Assembly (NCBI GenBank): GCA_002269645.1
Contig: NIVC01001216.1
Coordinates: 62,001-126,000, forward strand
Source of the DNA: Macrostomum lignano
Taxonomy: Eukaryota
Reading direction: 5' to 3'
Length of the DNA stretch: 64,000 nt
Shown here piece by piece: positions 1 through 14,773 of this stretch (its first letter is position 1; the number at the start of each line of letters is the position of its first letter). The position numbers and the translations under genes were made by a program. Under the pieces are notes generated by a model. It made no database searches. It had not been told where the DNA came from and worked only from the letters and a program-made list of their open reading frames with translations.

Positions 1-303
1 TAAACGGGGGAATTGCCGTGACGGGGCGCATATAGTGACAGAGAAGGTGCAACAATTTGTAAGAATTGACACAAAGTGAAGTACTTTAGGCCTTAAAATT
101 TGCACTACATCTAGGCGTGGGCAAATACTGAAATTTTCAACGACCAATCCCATCATTGTTCAAGTTTAGAGGACAATGGCCGCACTCTTATACAGTACAT
201 GTCTACGGGGCTGAGACAAACAAAAGAAGCAGACATTAATAGCAAGTGCTAAATTGGAACTAAATAGTGGTATCTATAGCTTTTTTACTTAAAAATAATT
301 TCG

Positions 304-3514
<3,211 letters not shown>

Positions 3515-4080
3515 CAAAACTTACATAATATGTATACTTGAAAAAGCGAATAATTTTTGTTCATAAAGCAAGAACCAAAGTGCATTCATATTTTGTCACA
3601 ATTAGTTCTCAAAACTTTACATCAAATTAAAAATTAGTAGCATGATTGGCTAGTGCATTCTTTTTTCGAACTGAAACTTTTTGTTGCCTGAAATGACTTT
3701 CGAACAAAGTCTGTTTGGTTCTGTGACAAGGATAATTATATTTTGAACAAACAAAAGAAAATTAAAGACACATAATACACCACTTTGTCTGATGTGCCTT
3801 ATTGTCGGTTAAAAATAATGCCTCACAAATGACAGCGACTGAGCATGAGGAATATGTTCTAGCCACCTGGATGCCATATATGTGGAATGTCATATTCTGA
3901 CTTTAAGTGACACACCTAGTAACTCTGAAATTTTAGTTTCAACGCATAATGTATTGTAGCTGGGTCGTAAGCATTTGGGCTTTAAAAAAACTGCCAAGAG
4001 CCAATTAACCTCAATTGTGATATTCATGCAATCTTCACATTCCCTCAGTATTCTGTATTTAAGTATTGTTTCCTTTTGCC

Positions 4081-4610
4081 TATGGTTGGGATAGCCCAAT
4101 CTGTATTGAGAATTGTTTCCGTTTGTCTACTGGTTGGGGTAGCGCAGTCTGTATTGAGAATTGTTTCCGTTTGTCTACTGGTTGGGGTAGCGCAGTCTGT
4201 ATTGAGAATTGTTTCCGTTTGTCTACTGGTTGGGGTAGCGCAGTCTGTATTGAGAATTGTTTCCGTTTGTCTACTGGTTGGGGTTGCGCAGTCTGTATTG
4301 AGAATTGTTTCCGTTTGTCTACTGGTTGGGGTAGCGCAGTCTGTATTGAGAATTGTTTCCGTTTGTCTACTGGTTGGGGTAGCGCAGTCTGTATTGAGAA
4401 TTGTTTCCGTTTGCCTATGGTTGGGGTAGCGCAGTCTGTATTGAGAATTGTTTCCGTTTGTCTATGGTTGGGGTAGCGCAGTCTGTATTGAGAATTGTTT
4501 CCGTTTGTCTATGGTTGGGATTGCGCAATCTGTATTGAGAATTGTTTCCGTTTGTCTATGGTTGGGATTGCGCAATCTGTATTGAGTATTGCTACCTTTT
4601 GTCTATGGTC
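4081..4610. repeat. 48-bp minisatellite (ggttggggtagcgcagtctgtattgagaattgtttccgtttgtctact), about 11 copies
   Basis: Seen directly; it produces the periodic ORFs at 4066-4476. Confidence 0.95.
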
Positions 4611-5552
4611 TAATGCAAGAATTACCGGGCAATAATTGTAATAGTTTACAGCCAAAAGCAACAACCGTTAATAGCCAGTAAACAATAAAATTGCTGCCTA
4701 GACAAAAGGAACAATATGAAAAACAGTTCGCTCTACCATAGATCCTTTATTCTCTAGATATTCTCAAGAATATAAGCAAAGTCATAGAGTCCAGCGCAGC
4801 AGCAGTGATAAAAAATCCGTGACATTAAAATCTTTTCAGTAGTTGTGAACGCTCTTCGTTCCTTTGTTTTGTTCATGAAAGAGACAAGTGAGGCAACGGC
4901 TGCATCAAGCGTTGCGTTGTTGTCCAATGAGTAGCGGAATGGGCGACCCTCGCCTCCGCACTTGTAGTCTAATTAAAATTCCATGCCATCTTACCAGTGC
5001 CTTGCGCATAAAATAAAATCTGTGTTCCAAAAACTACCGAATAAAAGTTTTGCTTCATAAAAGTCGGCGTTTTCACTGGCAAAATAATATTTTCGTAGTC
5101 GCGATCTTCCCCACAGTCCCTATAGCTGAGTGGCCCATCTAGAGAATATAGAGTAGGATCTAAGGTTCTAAAGGTTCTTACCAGTCGAGTGGTCAAATTT
5201 GACTCGCTTTTTATACAGTTTCCCTTCCTGTCTAGACTCATAGCGCTGGACCGCACCTCCTACCCCGTGAAAATTACGCACTTTGACCATAGGCATTGAA
5301 TTCGACCTTGAATTTGTCATCGGAGATGATGCTCACTCGGCGTTTCAAAACCAGTTCATAGTGCTACTGCAGCCCAGCAAAACACCGCGGTGAGTAGCCA
5401 GCTGCTGTATGATCTCTTTAAACTGAAGGAAAAGAACCATGATTACGTACGTCGAGCCGAGTGTCGTTCATGTGTCAACGTTGATACCCTTATGCTGCGT
5501 CAAAAGTCTAGAGCATGCTATGCGCACTAGCTAAATTACTTATTGTCCTGCA

Positions 5553-5920
5553 GTCCAAGGCCCTACCTGACTGCCAGAGGGCGGCGTTGTTCCAGGCGGT
5601 GGTCGAGACTTCTCGAGTCTCGACGGAGACAGTCTCTTGACGGAGCCGCTCGAGCAACAAGTTGACGTGGCGCATGCTAGCCTGCTGTGAGGCGCCTTCA
5701 AGATCGGCTACGAATGAGTGACCAACGTACGCGGCTTTGTATCACCACGCCGGGCTGGTTTGTCCAAGCGACCTGTTGCGCCGCTGTAGGGACGCTGCAG
5801 GCCCCCTACCGGCACTCGGCGTTTCATCGACTGCCTGCTAGCTGACGCCGGCGCCCCAGATTCGGTCGGCGGCGTGGCGTTCGTTCGCGCCCTGGCCCTG
5901 AAAGCGCCCTGTGACGCTGA
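5553..5920 (+). mobile_element. Degenerate 5'-truncated non-LTR retrotransposon (RTE-like LINE), C-terminal fragment
   Basis: Broken frames read QRAALFQAVVET, LTEPLEQQVDVAHASLL*GAF, SDLLRR and TRRFIDCLLADAGAPDSVGGVAFVRALALK. This resembles the post-RT region of RTE-clade LINEs. It has stops and frameshifts and is followed by a T-rich stretch. Confidence 0.6.
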
Positions 5921-5959
5921 CCGCGTATTTTTTTTACTTTTTTGTTGTAAATTACTAAC

Positions 5960-6435
5960 TGTCCATACCTACTGAGCATTTAGTGCGGCCTGGCTTTAGT
6001 ATACATGGCTGTGGATTCCATTCTGCAGCAGAAAAAACCATGCGAGAGTCATAAATTCTAAAGCATATGGCGCCCCACTGTGATACGCAGTAAGCTACTA
6101 CTGGCGTAATAAAAGATTTAGCCTAAACGTTGGATGCATTCATTGTCTGTCTGACCAATGAAAAATCTGAGTATAGACTACAATATACCAAAAGCAGACA
6201 GTCGTTCGCCACATGACTGAATGCGCTCTAACCAAAATAGGGGTGAAGTATAGAACGCTGGAGCAATTAGAGTTGCTTGGACGAAGCAATTCGGGTGCAG
6301 AAGGGTCGCACGGGTCTCGAGTAGTGTTTGGCACGTTTCTCATTTAACTGGTCTTGCAAAAGAGAGTGGGCACGAAACGAGACAGCAGTAGCTAGTGCGC
6401 AGGATTGGAGTTTTGAAAATTCTAGTATTGCCTAA
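5960..6435 (+). repeat. Unclassified dispersed repeat, homologous to 62275-62660 (-)
   Basis: Shared blocks include cgagagtcataaattctaaagcat, gtaataaaagatttagcct, gggtgcagaagggtcgcacg and gagagtgggcacgaa. Confidence 0.85.
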
Positions 6436-6532
6436 TAGTTCAAAATAGGTCAAACACGTATCACGACACTACACCTTGCCTTGCTGCCGCGTGTGCTTTC
6501 TAGTCAAAAAGAAATCCTTCAGAGCAACAATA

Positions 6533-9500
6533 ATGCCCAGCGGTGAAGCGGGAATCGAGCCGAGAGAGATCAACTCCGTTATCGACGGCATCGGATTCGG
6601 ACGCTTTCAGGTAAAAACTTCACTAAAGCAGAGACACTGGTACTTGTGTATTGCATTTTGGTTTTAAATCCCAGGTAATTGTTTCTGGCAGGTAATCGTA
6701 ATCATTCTATGCGGCCTGATTCAAGCCAGCGACAAGATGCAGATCCAGTACGTCAGCATGGTCGGTGAGCGGCTGCAGTGCGTCTGGCACATAGGCGACG
6801 GTTGGAAGTCGTCAATAACGTCGGTGACATTTCTAGGCATGTTTTTTGGCGCCTATATTTGGGGTCCGCTGGGCGACAAGCTCTGCCGTCGCTCTATCAA
6901 CAGTGTTTGCATGAGCTATGTTGTATTCTACGGTTGCCTGACAGCTCTGGCTCCCAACGTGATCTGGGTGCTGCTGCTTCGCTTCCTGGTCGGCATGGGC
7001 GTCGGAGGAGTGCAGCCGCTTATAGGCGCTGTATTGGGCGAGTTCATGACGACAAAGCAACGAGGAACTGCTTGGTTTGTGTTCCAGGTACGAAATATGC
7101 TTAGGTAATGAAATAGTGTGTCCTCGCGGCTTAGGCTACTGGTTTTATTATTATAAGTGGATTTTAATTGGTTTGACTTGGTAGGTTGCTGCTACCTGCA
7201 GGTTCCTGATTTTCTCTAATCCCAGTACTTAGCGATCAAAAATAAAGACAGGAAACCAACGATTTATTTACTCAAAGAAAAAACGAGCAAAAATGAAATG
7301 AGCATGCAATAGGTTTTCGCAAATACTTCCCTTAAGGTGGTGCAGTTCAGTTAGACATTGGCTACCTTTTGTGCACTGTTATGGGCATCGACTACCGTTA
7401 ACAGTTTTACCCCGATCTATCCTTACTTTTCTTGCCTTTATGCTTGTAACTCTGACAAGTTCTGACAAGGCCTCTGACTAACTAACTAAATAAGTGCTTC
7501 CGGCGCCTCAGCCATTGAAATAGGCTCTTACGCCACTAGATATAAAAAGTTTCCTAATAGGGAGTGTACTAATGTACACTAAAAGCCAAGTTAGACTATA
7601 GAGGACTGTACAGGGCAGTATCAAAAAAACCAAACCTCCCCGGGGGACAGTGACAGCGGAACGACATACCAGTCAGGAAGCCCGTGCCCAAAAACCAGGT
7701 TAGATAGACCCAAGCCTATTAGGGATGGCCCGAAGGCCTAGAGCCGTGGCAACCATGCTGGGGCCGACCGCCCACCACCCCCGGGTACAAATCATAAACC
7801 TCCCCGAGGCTAGAGGGGGAAGAGAGAACCATTCAGGGGAGCCCGTGCCTTCTCCTGGGTTAGATAGGCCAAAACACCGGTCATAAGACCGCCCCCACGG
7901 CCGTGGCCACCCGAAGGAGCCTCCCCCCCCCCAACTAAACCCCGGGTACTCTTGCCAGACAAGGCCTCTGACCGCTCGATAATTAGGAAGACCCAAATTC
8001 GCGATCTAACCCAGCATGAATATTTTCTCTGGCTAGAACTACTGACAGTAGTGTAAAAACGTATTCTAACCCGTTTCTAAACTATGACCTACTACAGTAA
8101 AATTTAATTTGACGCTGCGTACCGTGATTTTGACATTTTGCAAAGTGGCATGTTTGAAGGCGTGTATCAGCCAAGTTTCTATTGATTGAGTAATTATTTT
8201 TTTCCGCAGACTTTCTGGTGTTTCGGTGGACTTTTGGAAGTCGGCTTTGCTTGGCTGCTGCTGGATCTGACTCACGGCTGGAGATACCTGGCCGGAGTGT
8301 CAGTTCTGCCGATGCTTTTGCTTGGCCTGTTTTGGCTGTTCTGGCTGCCTGTGTCACCAAGACAGAGTCTGCTGCAGGTAGGTGAATGCTTTCGATGAAT
8401 ATCTACACGATCCGCATAATATAAGCACACGTAAGTACACGGGTCCGTGCTACGGTTTGAGATGGATGCAAGCGTTTCCATTTGTCCTACGTCCTCCGTC
8501 CGCTTTCTCCGTCCGCCAAGCTAAACAAATGGATTCATACAGTTACAGGAAAAATCCCTCTTGACTTGGTCACAAGATTCAAATTCTCGACGCAAAAGGC
8601 CTGTTGCAGACGAACAGCCTTTGGAAACACTTGAAAATCGGCTTCCTTGGCACAGTTTACCTTTGCCATAGACATTAGATTATATTACATTAGATCCGGG
8701 CACTATTTAATTGATGCGTAAAAGAATACCAGAGGTTTACAACATTATCTGTACCGGTATGATATAATGTACGCAATTTTCTTAGCACAATTTTTTGTGT
8801 CCCAAGAGCTCAAATGAGAATGCTCGTAGGAAAATAGGAAATTGAAGAAATAGCGCGCATTAAGTCCGACATTAATGACTATCTTATTAAAAATTAACAT
8901 TTGCAGGGTCGAATTGAGGAAACTCGTCAAGCACTAAACAAAATGGCCGACACGAATTCCCAGCCTCGTTACCATGGCGACTTTACCGATGCGGATTTGC
9001 ATGCCAAAGAGGCGAATGGTAGTCTAAAGGAGATGCTTCGACCAGCCACCTTTCTGCGACTGAGTCTGCAGCTGGCCGTGATCGCGTTTGCAATGGGATT
9101 TAGCTACTACGGCCTGATTGTGTTGAACGTGCAGGTACCGCTACTATTGCGCGAAAAATGTCAGGCAACGGGAAACGTCTCCTCTGCAGTAGTTAACATT
9201 GAAGTTTTTGCTTCTAATTGTGGCAACTGTAAATCTATTAGCTACATTGAACTAATGGTATGTCTCAATTCTATTAATTTAGATTATTCTGAAACTTTAT
9301 CCTCAGTATCGCAGAATTTTTATATCGTCTACCGGATCTCTCGCAAACTTTTTTTTTCGCTTCGCCAATCAATGATGCCTAAAAATTCTTACTTAAACAG
9401 TAGTCACTTCCTGTGCTGTAGACAGTTTCTGTGTTACGCATGAATTTCAGATCCCTACACTCGCCGACTTTGCCACGGCTCTGCTGAACGCTTTCGTTGT

Positions 9501-11205
9501 CGAACGCTTTTGCGGTCGTCGGCTCGTCATGTCATTTGCACTGGGCGTTGCCTCAGCTCTCATCCCTCTGCTGGCCTTCTGCATACACATCGCTGTCAGA
9601 ATCACCTTATTCTTCATCATCCGCTTCTTTGTGACCAGCGGATACAGTGTGATCTGGCTGTACGTTCTCGAGGCCTATCCGACTTCGCTCCGAACGACTG
9701 CCGTAGCATTTCTCTCGTCGTTCAGTCGAATCGCGTCCATTCTGATGCCATTTGTGGCTCAGATGTTTCTTGTTCGCGTATCGCTTCTGGGCGGGCTTTT
9801 CATCTTCTCTGGAGTTCTGGCGCTGGCCGCGGTTAGCGCCGCTCTGCTGCCCATCGAGACCAAGGACAGACCGCTTAAACAGACGAAATTAATGGAAGAG
9901 GTAATTTTTTCCCGATGCTAGCCGAATAATCAACGTGTCCCACCTTTAAAATTACAGCCAACGGGTTCTGATTTCTACAAATCTGCGATCGAGATGAAAT
10001 TAAATTGTCATACAGTACTCGTACACTCATAACTTGAATATGCTATGTGACAATACAACTAGTATCTATAGGAAATCATTGATCAGCCGTAAAATTGCCA
10101 TTAAATCAGTCAGTGTAGTAGCTAGCAGTAGTAAGCTCGTATTTGAAATTAACTTTATCGTGAGTTCTGACACTACGTCTACCAGATCATGTGGGCTTTC
10201 GCTTAAGTCACGATTGGAAAGAGGTTGTTGCTGTTGTTAACCCTCATCAGAAACTTCGCGGAAGAGGAGGGTAGGGAGGAGGAGGGCAATTCACAGCCAT
10301 GTGAGCCAACCCACAAGACACAGAGAGTGTACAAGACTGACCATTTGAAAGTCTGGCCCACTGTGCACCCTGTGTGAGCGTGTGTATGACAAGGACTGCT
10401 CAAGTAGAAGGACGGGAAACCTCGTTTCTTAGAAAATTTTAGGAGGCTCTTTTTCCGAAAAAAATACCCAACGGAGATATAGGAAGTTTTCATTTTTTCT
10501 TCAATAGGAGGCAGACCCATCAATTTTCATCTTTTGATATGTTGAGACTTTCTTATGGCTCTATTGATATTTATAAAGCTTTTCGTTCAGAAATAAGGAT
10601 TTTATGTTAATTCCTTATTCTACGTACATCCCATGTGCGTAAAAAGCATAAAAATGCGTGGCAAATCTCGAATCTTTGGTTTTTTATGAATCTATTTTAT
10701 CATCTTTGTTAGACTTATTTGTTACAAAGTCCGCTAAGAATAAAAAATCGATTGATAAAACCAGTGAGCCGAGCCGTGCCATTTTAATGGTTTTTAGTCA
10801 CAGGACATGTACAATTGTCCGTAGAATCGCTCGTAAAAATTAACATTTCTAAGATTTGTTTATTTTCATAGAAACGAGATTTCCCGTCCTTCTACTTGAG
10901 TAGTCCTTGGTGTATGAGTTCGCGCCTTAGTACAGCATTGGCCTGCTTGTTTGTGCTCTGGTTGTTTGACACTGGTTGTGGGCTATATATCACCGAAGGC
11001 ATTGTGTCAGGGAGCCTACAGCAATGCGAACATTGAATATTGAACTTTAAAACAGATTAAGTTAAGTGCTTTGATCGTTAACAAAACACACTTATTTCAG
11101 GATGACACCTCGGATGAGCGGCTGCTGATGAAGGCCAATTCCGAAGTTGACAATCCGCTGCCGCAGCGCTATGGCAGCGTGGAGACTATTGAAAAGAGAG
11201 ATTGA
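6533..11205 (+). CDS. SVOP-like: SVOP/SV2-like MFS transporter, copy 2, intact, about 515 aa. Exons 6533-6610, 6692-7087, 8210-8377, 8907-9257, 9451-9900, 11101-11205
   Basis: Six phase-0 GT-AG exons join into an open frame of 1548 nt. It has the same MFS motifs as copy 1. The terminal exon DDTSDERLLM...RYGSVETIEKRD* is homologous to the terminal exon of copy 1. Confidence 0.88.
7479..7957 (-). mobile_element. About 480-bp retroposed insert (SINE-like or LINE 3' end) in intron 2 of transporter copy 2
   Basis: Perfect 15-bp direct repeats gacaaggcctctgac at 7464-7478 and 7958-7972. The minus-strand 3' end has a stem-loop followed by a (TTAG)n tail. Confidence 0.7.
10390..10909. mobile_element. 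MITE, 520 bp, hAT- or P-superfamily-like
   Basis: TIR caaggact(g/a)ctcaagtagaaggacgggaaa. 8-bp TSD gtgtatga at 10382-10389 and 10910-10917. No ORF. Confidence 0.9.
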
Positions 11206-11427
11206 CTGCTTAGAAAATGTGTGCTATAATTTTACATGAATTTTTCGTTGCGCAGTTGTGCGAAAGCATCATGTCCGATATGTCTTCAGATGCAATAAAT
11301 CTGCATGTACAGGATTGTCTAAAACGGAGCTTCGAAGTTTACGACTGATTTCTGGTGCGGCAGCTTGCGTGTCGACGCAAAAATAATCTGGCTGCTGCAG
11401 TGCTCTCTTTGTTGTCAAGCCGATATT

Positions 11428-11912
11428 TATGGTTGACATTACGTTTCTTTTACGGTTGACATGACGCTTCTTTTGTGGTTGACATGACGTTTCTTTTATG
11501 GTTGACATGACGTTTCTTTTACGGTTGACATGACGCTTCTTTTATTGTTGACATGACGCTTCTTTTACGGTTGACATGACGCTTCTTTTATGGTTGACAT
11601 GACGTTTCTTTTATGGTTGACATGACGTTTCTTTTATGGTTGACATGACGCTTCTTTTGTGGTTGACATGACGTTTCTTTTATGGTTGACATGACGCTTC
11701 TTTTATGGTTGACATTACGTTTCTTTTACGGTTGACATGACGCTTCTTTTATGGTTGACATGACGTTTCTTTTATGGTTGACATGACGTTTCTTTTATGG
11801 TTGACATGACGCTTTTTTTATGGTTGACATGACGCTTCTTTTATGGTTGACATGACGCTTCTTTTATGGTTGACATGACGTTTCTTTTATGGTTGACATG
11901 ACGTTTCTTTTA
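11428..11912. repeat. 23-bp minisatellite (ttgacatgacgcttcttttatgg)
   Basis: Seen directly. Confidence 0.95.
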
Positions 11913-12175
11913 AATTGTGGCAGTTTGCAGCAAAAGCAGGTTTGCAGTGAAATATATGTACGATTTTGCACAATATGTGACCTCCTTCTACTTGTAGCCA
12001 GTCCTATCGATGTACTTTGATTTGCAATATCGTGAATTTTTTCAAAATAATGTCGTTAAAATTAGCACTCTAACAGATCGTACGCTTATTACGTTCGTGT
12101 ATTTTCTACTGACTGTTTGTCACGAAAACTAGCTTAATTTTTTAGTGCTTTTTTAGTCACTTACATTCTAAGAGA

Positions 12176-12485
12176 GGCTGTAGCCTAGTGGTCAGAGCGT
12201 CGGACTCACGACTTGAAGGTCGGGGGTTCGATTCTTGACTCACTCGGAACAATTTGTGTCCTTGAGCAAGACACTTAACTCTGCATTACAATTCAGTTCA
12301 CCCAGCTGTAAAATGGGTGCCAGCATTAGCTGAGGTAATTGAGGCTGTGTGTGTGGCGACCCCCAGTCCTTGGACTGAACAGCCGTACGCAGCCTTCAGA
12401 TGCGCCGCGCAATAGCTGCGGCTGAGCTGTCGGTTGCACATCTGGCCCAATTGGGGCAGGTACAATCAATTATTATTATTATTAC
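12176..12485 (+). mobile_element. tRNA-derived SINE, family 1, full length, with a CORE-like central domain
   Basis: A box tagcctagtgg and B box ggttcgattct. Central ccttgagcaagacacttaac...ctgtaaaatggg. (TTA)n tail. 10-bp TSD ttctaagaga at 12166-12175 and 12486-12495. Second copy at 32339-32652. Confidence 0.88.
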
Positions 12486-12943
12486 TTCTAAGAGACTCCC
12501 ACAGCAGTTTCTCTTCGATGATGCTGATTGGCTGACTGTAGGTCAGGATGAGAGCCAGCTTGTCAAAGTCTAAGCAGACGATGGTAGGTACGGTAGGAGT
12601 TAGCAAACAAAAGGTTCCTTCACAGGCTTGCTGCACAAAATATTACACAGAATGCTCAATCATATTTTTAGGGAAATTCTCGCACAAGAATCACAGTCTA
12701 CACCAGGCAGTTATATAATTAGCAATCTGGAGTGGAACGAGCTTTTCACTTTTACCTAACGAGGCCAGACAAGCATTGGAGCAAAATAGTGCGCTTTGTT
12801 CCGATTTCGATTAAAAGTTTATGAAAACACATTTGAGTAAGGAGAGGACTGCTTGCATTTGGTAGAACAGCTGAAACACACAGAAACGATAGAGTCTGCT
12901 AGCTACTTGACTGGGAAAACGTGCATATTTTCAAATTTTTTTC

Positions 12944-13290
12944 CGAGTACTACTTAAGTAGAAAAACGGGAAATCTCATTTTCTGGAAGAGTTTAGGAGG
13001 CAGGTTTTCCGAAAAAAATACACTACGGAGATAGGAAGTTTTCATTCTTTTCAGCACAAAACTTTTTATTGCTTTTGATAGGAGACAGACCCAGTGTTCA
13101 TCTTTTGATATGTTGTGCCTTTCTTATTGCTCTATCGATATTCATAAAGATTTTCATTCAGAAAATTAGGATTCTATGTTATTTATTTATTCGACGTACA
13201 ATTTTACATATTCTGCGACGAAAAACCATTAAAATGGCATGGCCCAGCTCTTTGGTTTTATGAATCTAATATATATCATTCTTAGCTGAC
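12944..13290 (+). mobile_element. Truncated left half of the MITE family at 10390-10909 and 63025-63620
   Basis: Degenerate left TIR and shared internal blocks (ttaggaggcaggttt, cttttgatatg, ttttatgaatct). No right TIR. Confidence 0.8.
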
Positions 13291-13864
13291 TTTATAACAA
13301 ATATTGAAGGTCCCGAAGGTTGTCCAGACAGAGCTGAATGCTGAACATGGTGCAGGACCACTGTATAATATGCAGACGTGCCTGGTTTGGTGCCTTGGTA
13401 GAAAAATCACGATGTTGGGGTGCCAGCTCGTCAGGGCCGCATGGTGGCACTCCGTTGAAGGTCCCGAAGGTCACCTGTATGTCTACAGGTCAGCCTAGAG
13501 AGTCGCCCTCGTCCATTTTATTCACCGATTGTGTCTACTGACTGAATGCTGCATGCAGAAGAGTCTTTTGTTGAAGGTCCCGACAGTCGCCGCCGATGCT
13601 CCAGACGGTGATGAAGGGGACCCTGGTGCCTGGGATGCTGAGAACAAAGGCCTCCACGACTTATATGCATAGTTTGTTGAGCCGTTTCATGATGAGATCA
13701 CGAGGAAAATCGTTGAATATCTTGACGATGCCGATTTTTCGTGATTCTCGAAGTTGCTTCATCGAAAAGAGCGGAAAATTTTAGCCTGTGTTCTGGATTT
13801 TCATGGCAATTGGTTGAATATTCTTGGAGATCCAGACAAAGGAAGAATGTGTGTATTTGAAATA

Positions 13865-13990
13865 CACCCCCATGGTCTTTCTACTGTTAATTGCACTAGC
13901 AGACCCAAGCGGAGATTCCAATTTAGCCCCAAATTAATTGCGTGACTGCACTTGGAATCGAGCCTGGGCCGCTAGACCACTAGGCTACGG
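13865..13990 (-). mobile_element. Short tRNA-related SINE, family 2
   Basis: Minus strand gtagcctagtggtctagcggcccaggctcgattccaagtgcagtcac...aatttggggctaaattggaatct matches the copies at 58925-59295. Confidence 0.75.
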
Positions 13991-14773
13991 ATCTCGAATC
14001 AGACCTGACGAGGATCAGGGAACTATTGTTGCAGAGTCTGTTGGAGCCCAATTAGTCAGACATGTTGAACTGGTGCTGCTCAAACATTTGTTCCGTGGTT
14101 GCTTCTACTTAGAGAATTTAGTTAGAATGTTAACCCATGTTTACCAATCATGTTTACCATGTTTCCACTGCTAAACACAGCGGATCAGTCTAACACTGGC
14201 TGCACTAGTTAAACGAATTGAAATCCTAGCGGTCCATGTGCAACGCTTTCTGATCGTACATATCTAACCACGAATAGGTTGACTTAAAGGAGAAGCAGTT
14301 TGCTTTTCACACTGACGGATTTTATAAACCGCGCTCTTAATTGGAATCAAGCTGCTTGCAAGTACTCGAAACTCATAAGCCATATTGGTATTAGCACACA
14401 ACTACGAGCGTACAATACGAATATAATGATCTTGGGTAGCTTTTAATCAGCTTTCATCCTGCGATCGGTCCTGGAGCTTTACTAAATCCTGTTTTATTTA
14501 ACTGTCACCTCCACATCTTCAGTTTCGAAGTTGTCACTCCGTTGCTGAGCTGTCAGTTTTATCAACATCAATCATACGATAGCATTTCTAGGTTGGTTTG
14601 TCCCCTTGTGAACAGCTCCACATGGCACTAAATTTCCAGCTGTTAAAGCCATAGACACAGAATCAAGACTCAGGACCTGAGCTGGCCGAGTGGAGATCGG
14701 ACTTTAATTAATCCCTTCAAGTAACGAATGTCTCTATGCTATTGAAGTTGGGAACTTGGCACTTACAAATACA

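Noticed and set aside
4081-4610. CRISPR-like periodicity here and in other arrays
   Set aside because: Eukaryotic context; units are contiguous with no unique spacers and no cas genes.
4969-5256. 95-aa minus-strand ORF
   Set aside because: No recognisable domain, no ATG start and no supporting splice structure.
11101-11160. ctgatga...gaa hammerhead-like core
   Set aside because: The stems do not form and the segment is explained as coding exon 6 of the transporter.
12176-12250. Possible tRNA-Val gene
   Set aside because: The stems are imperfect and the sequence continues into a SINE body and tail; it is a SINE head.
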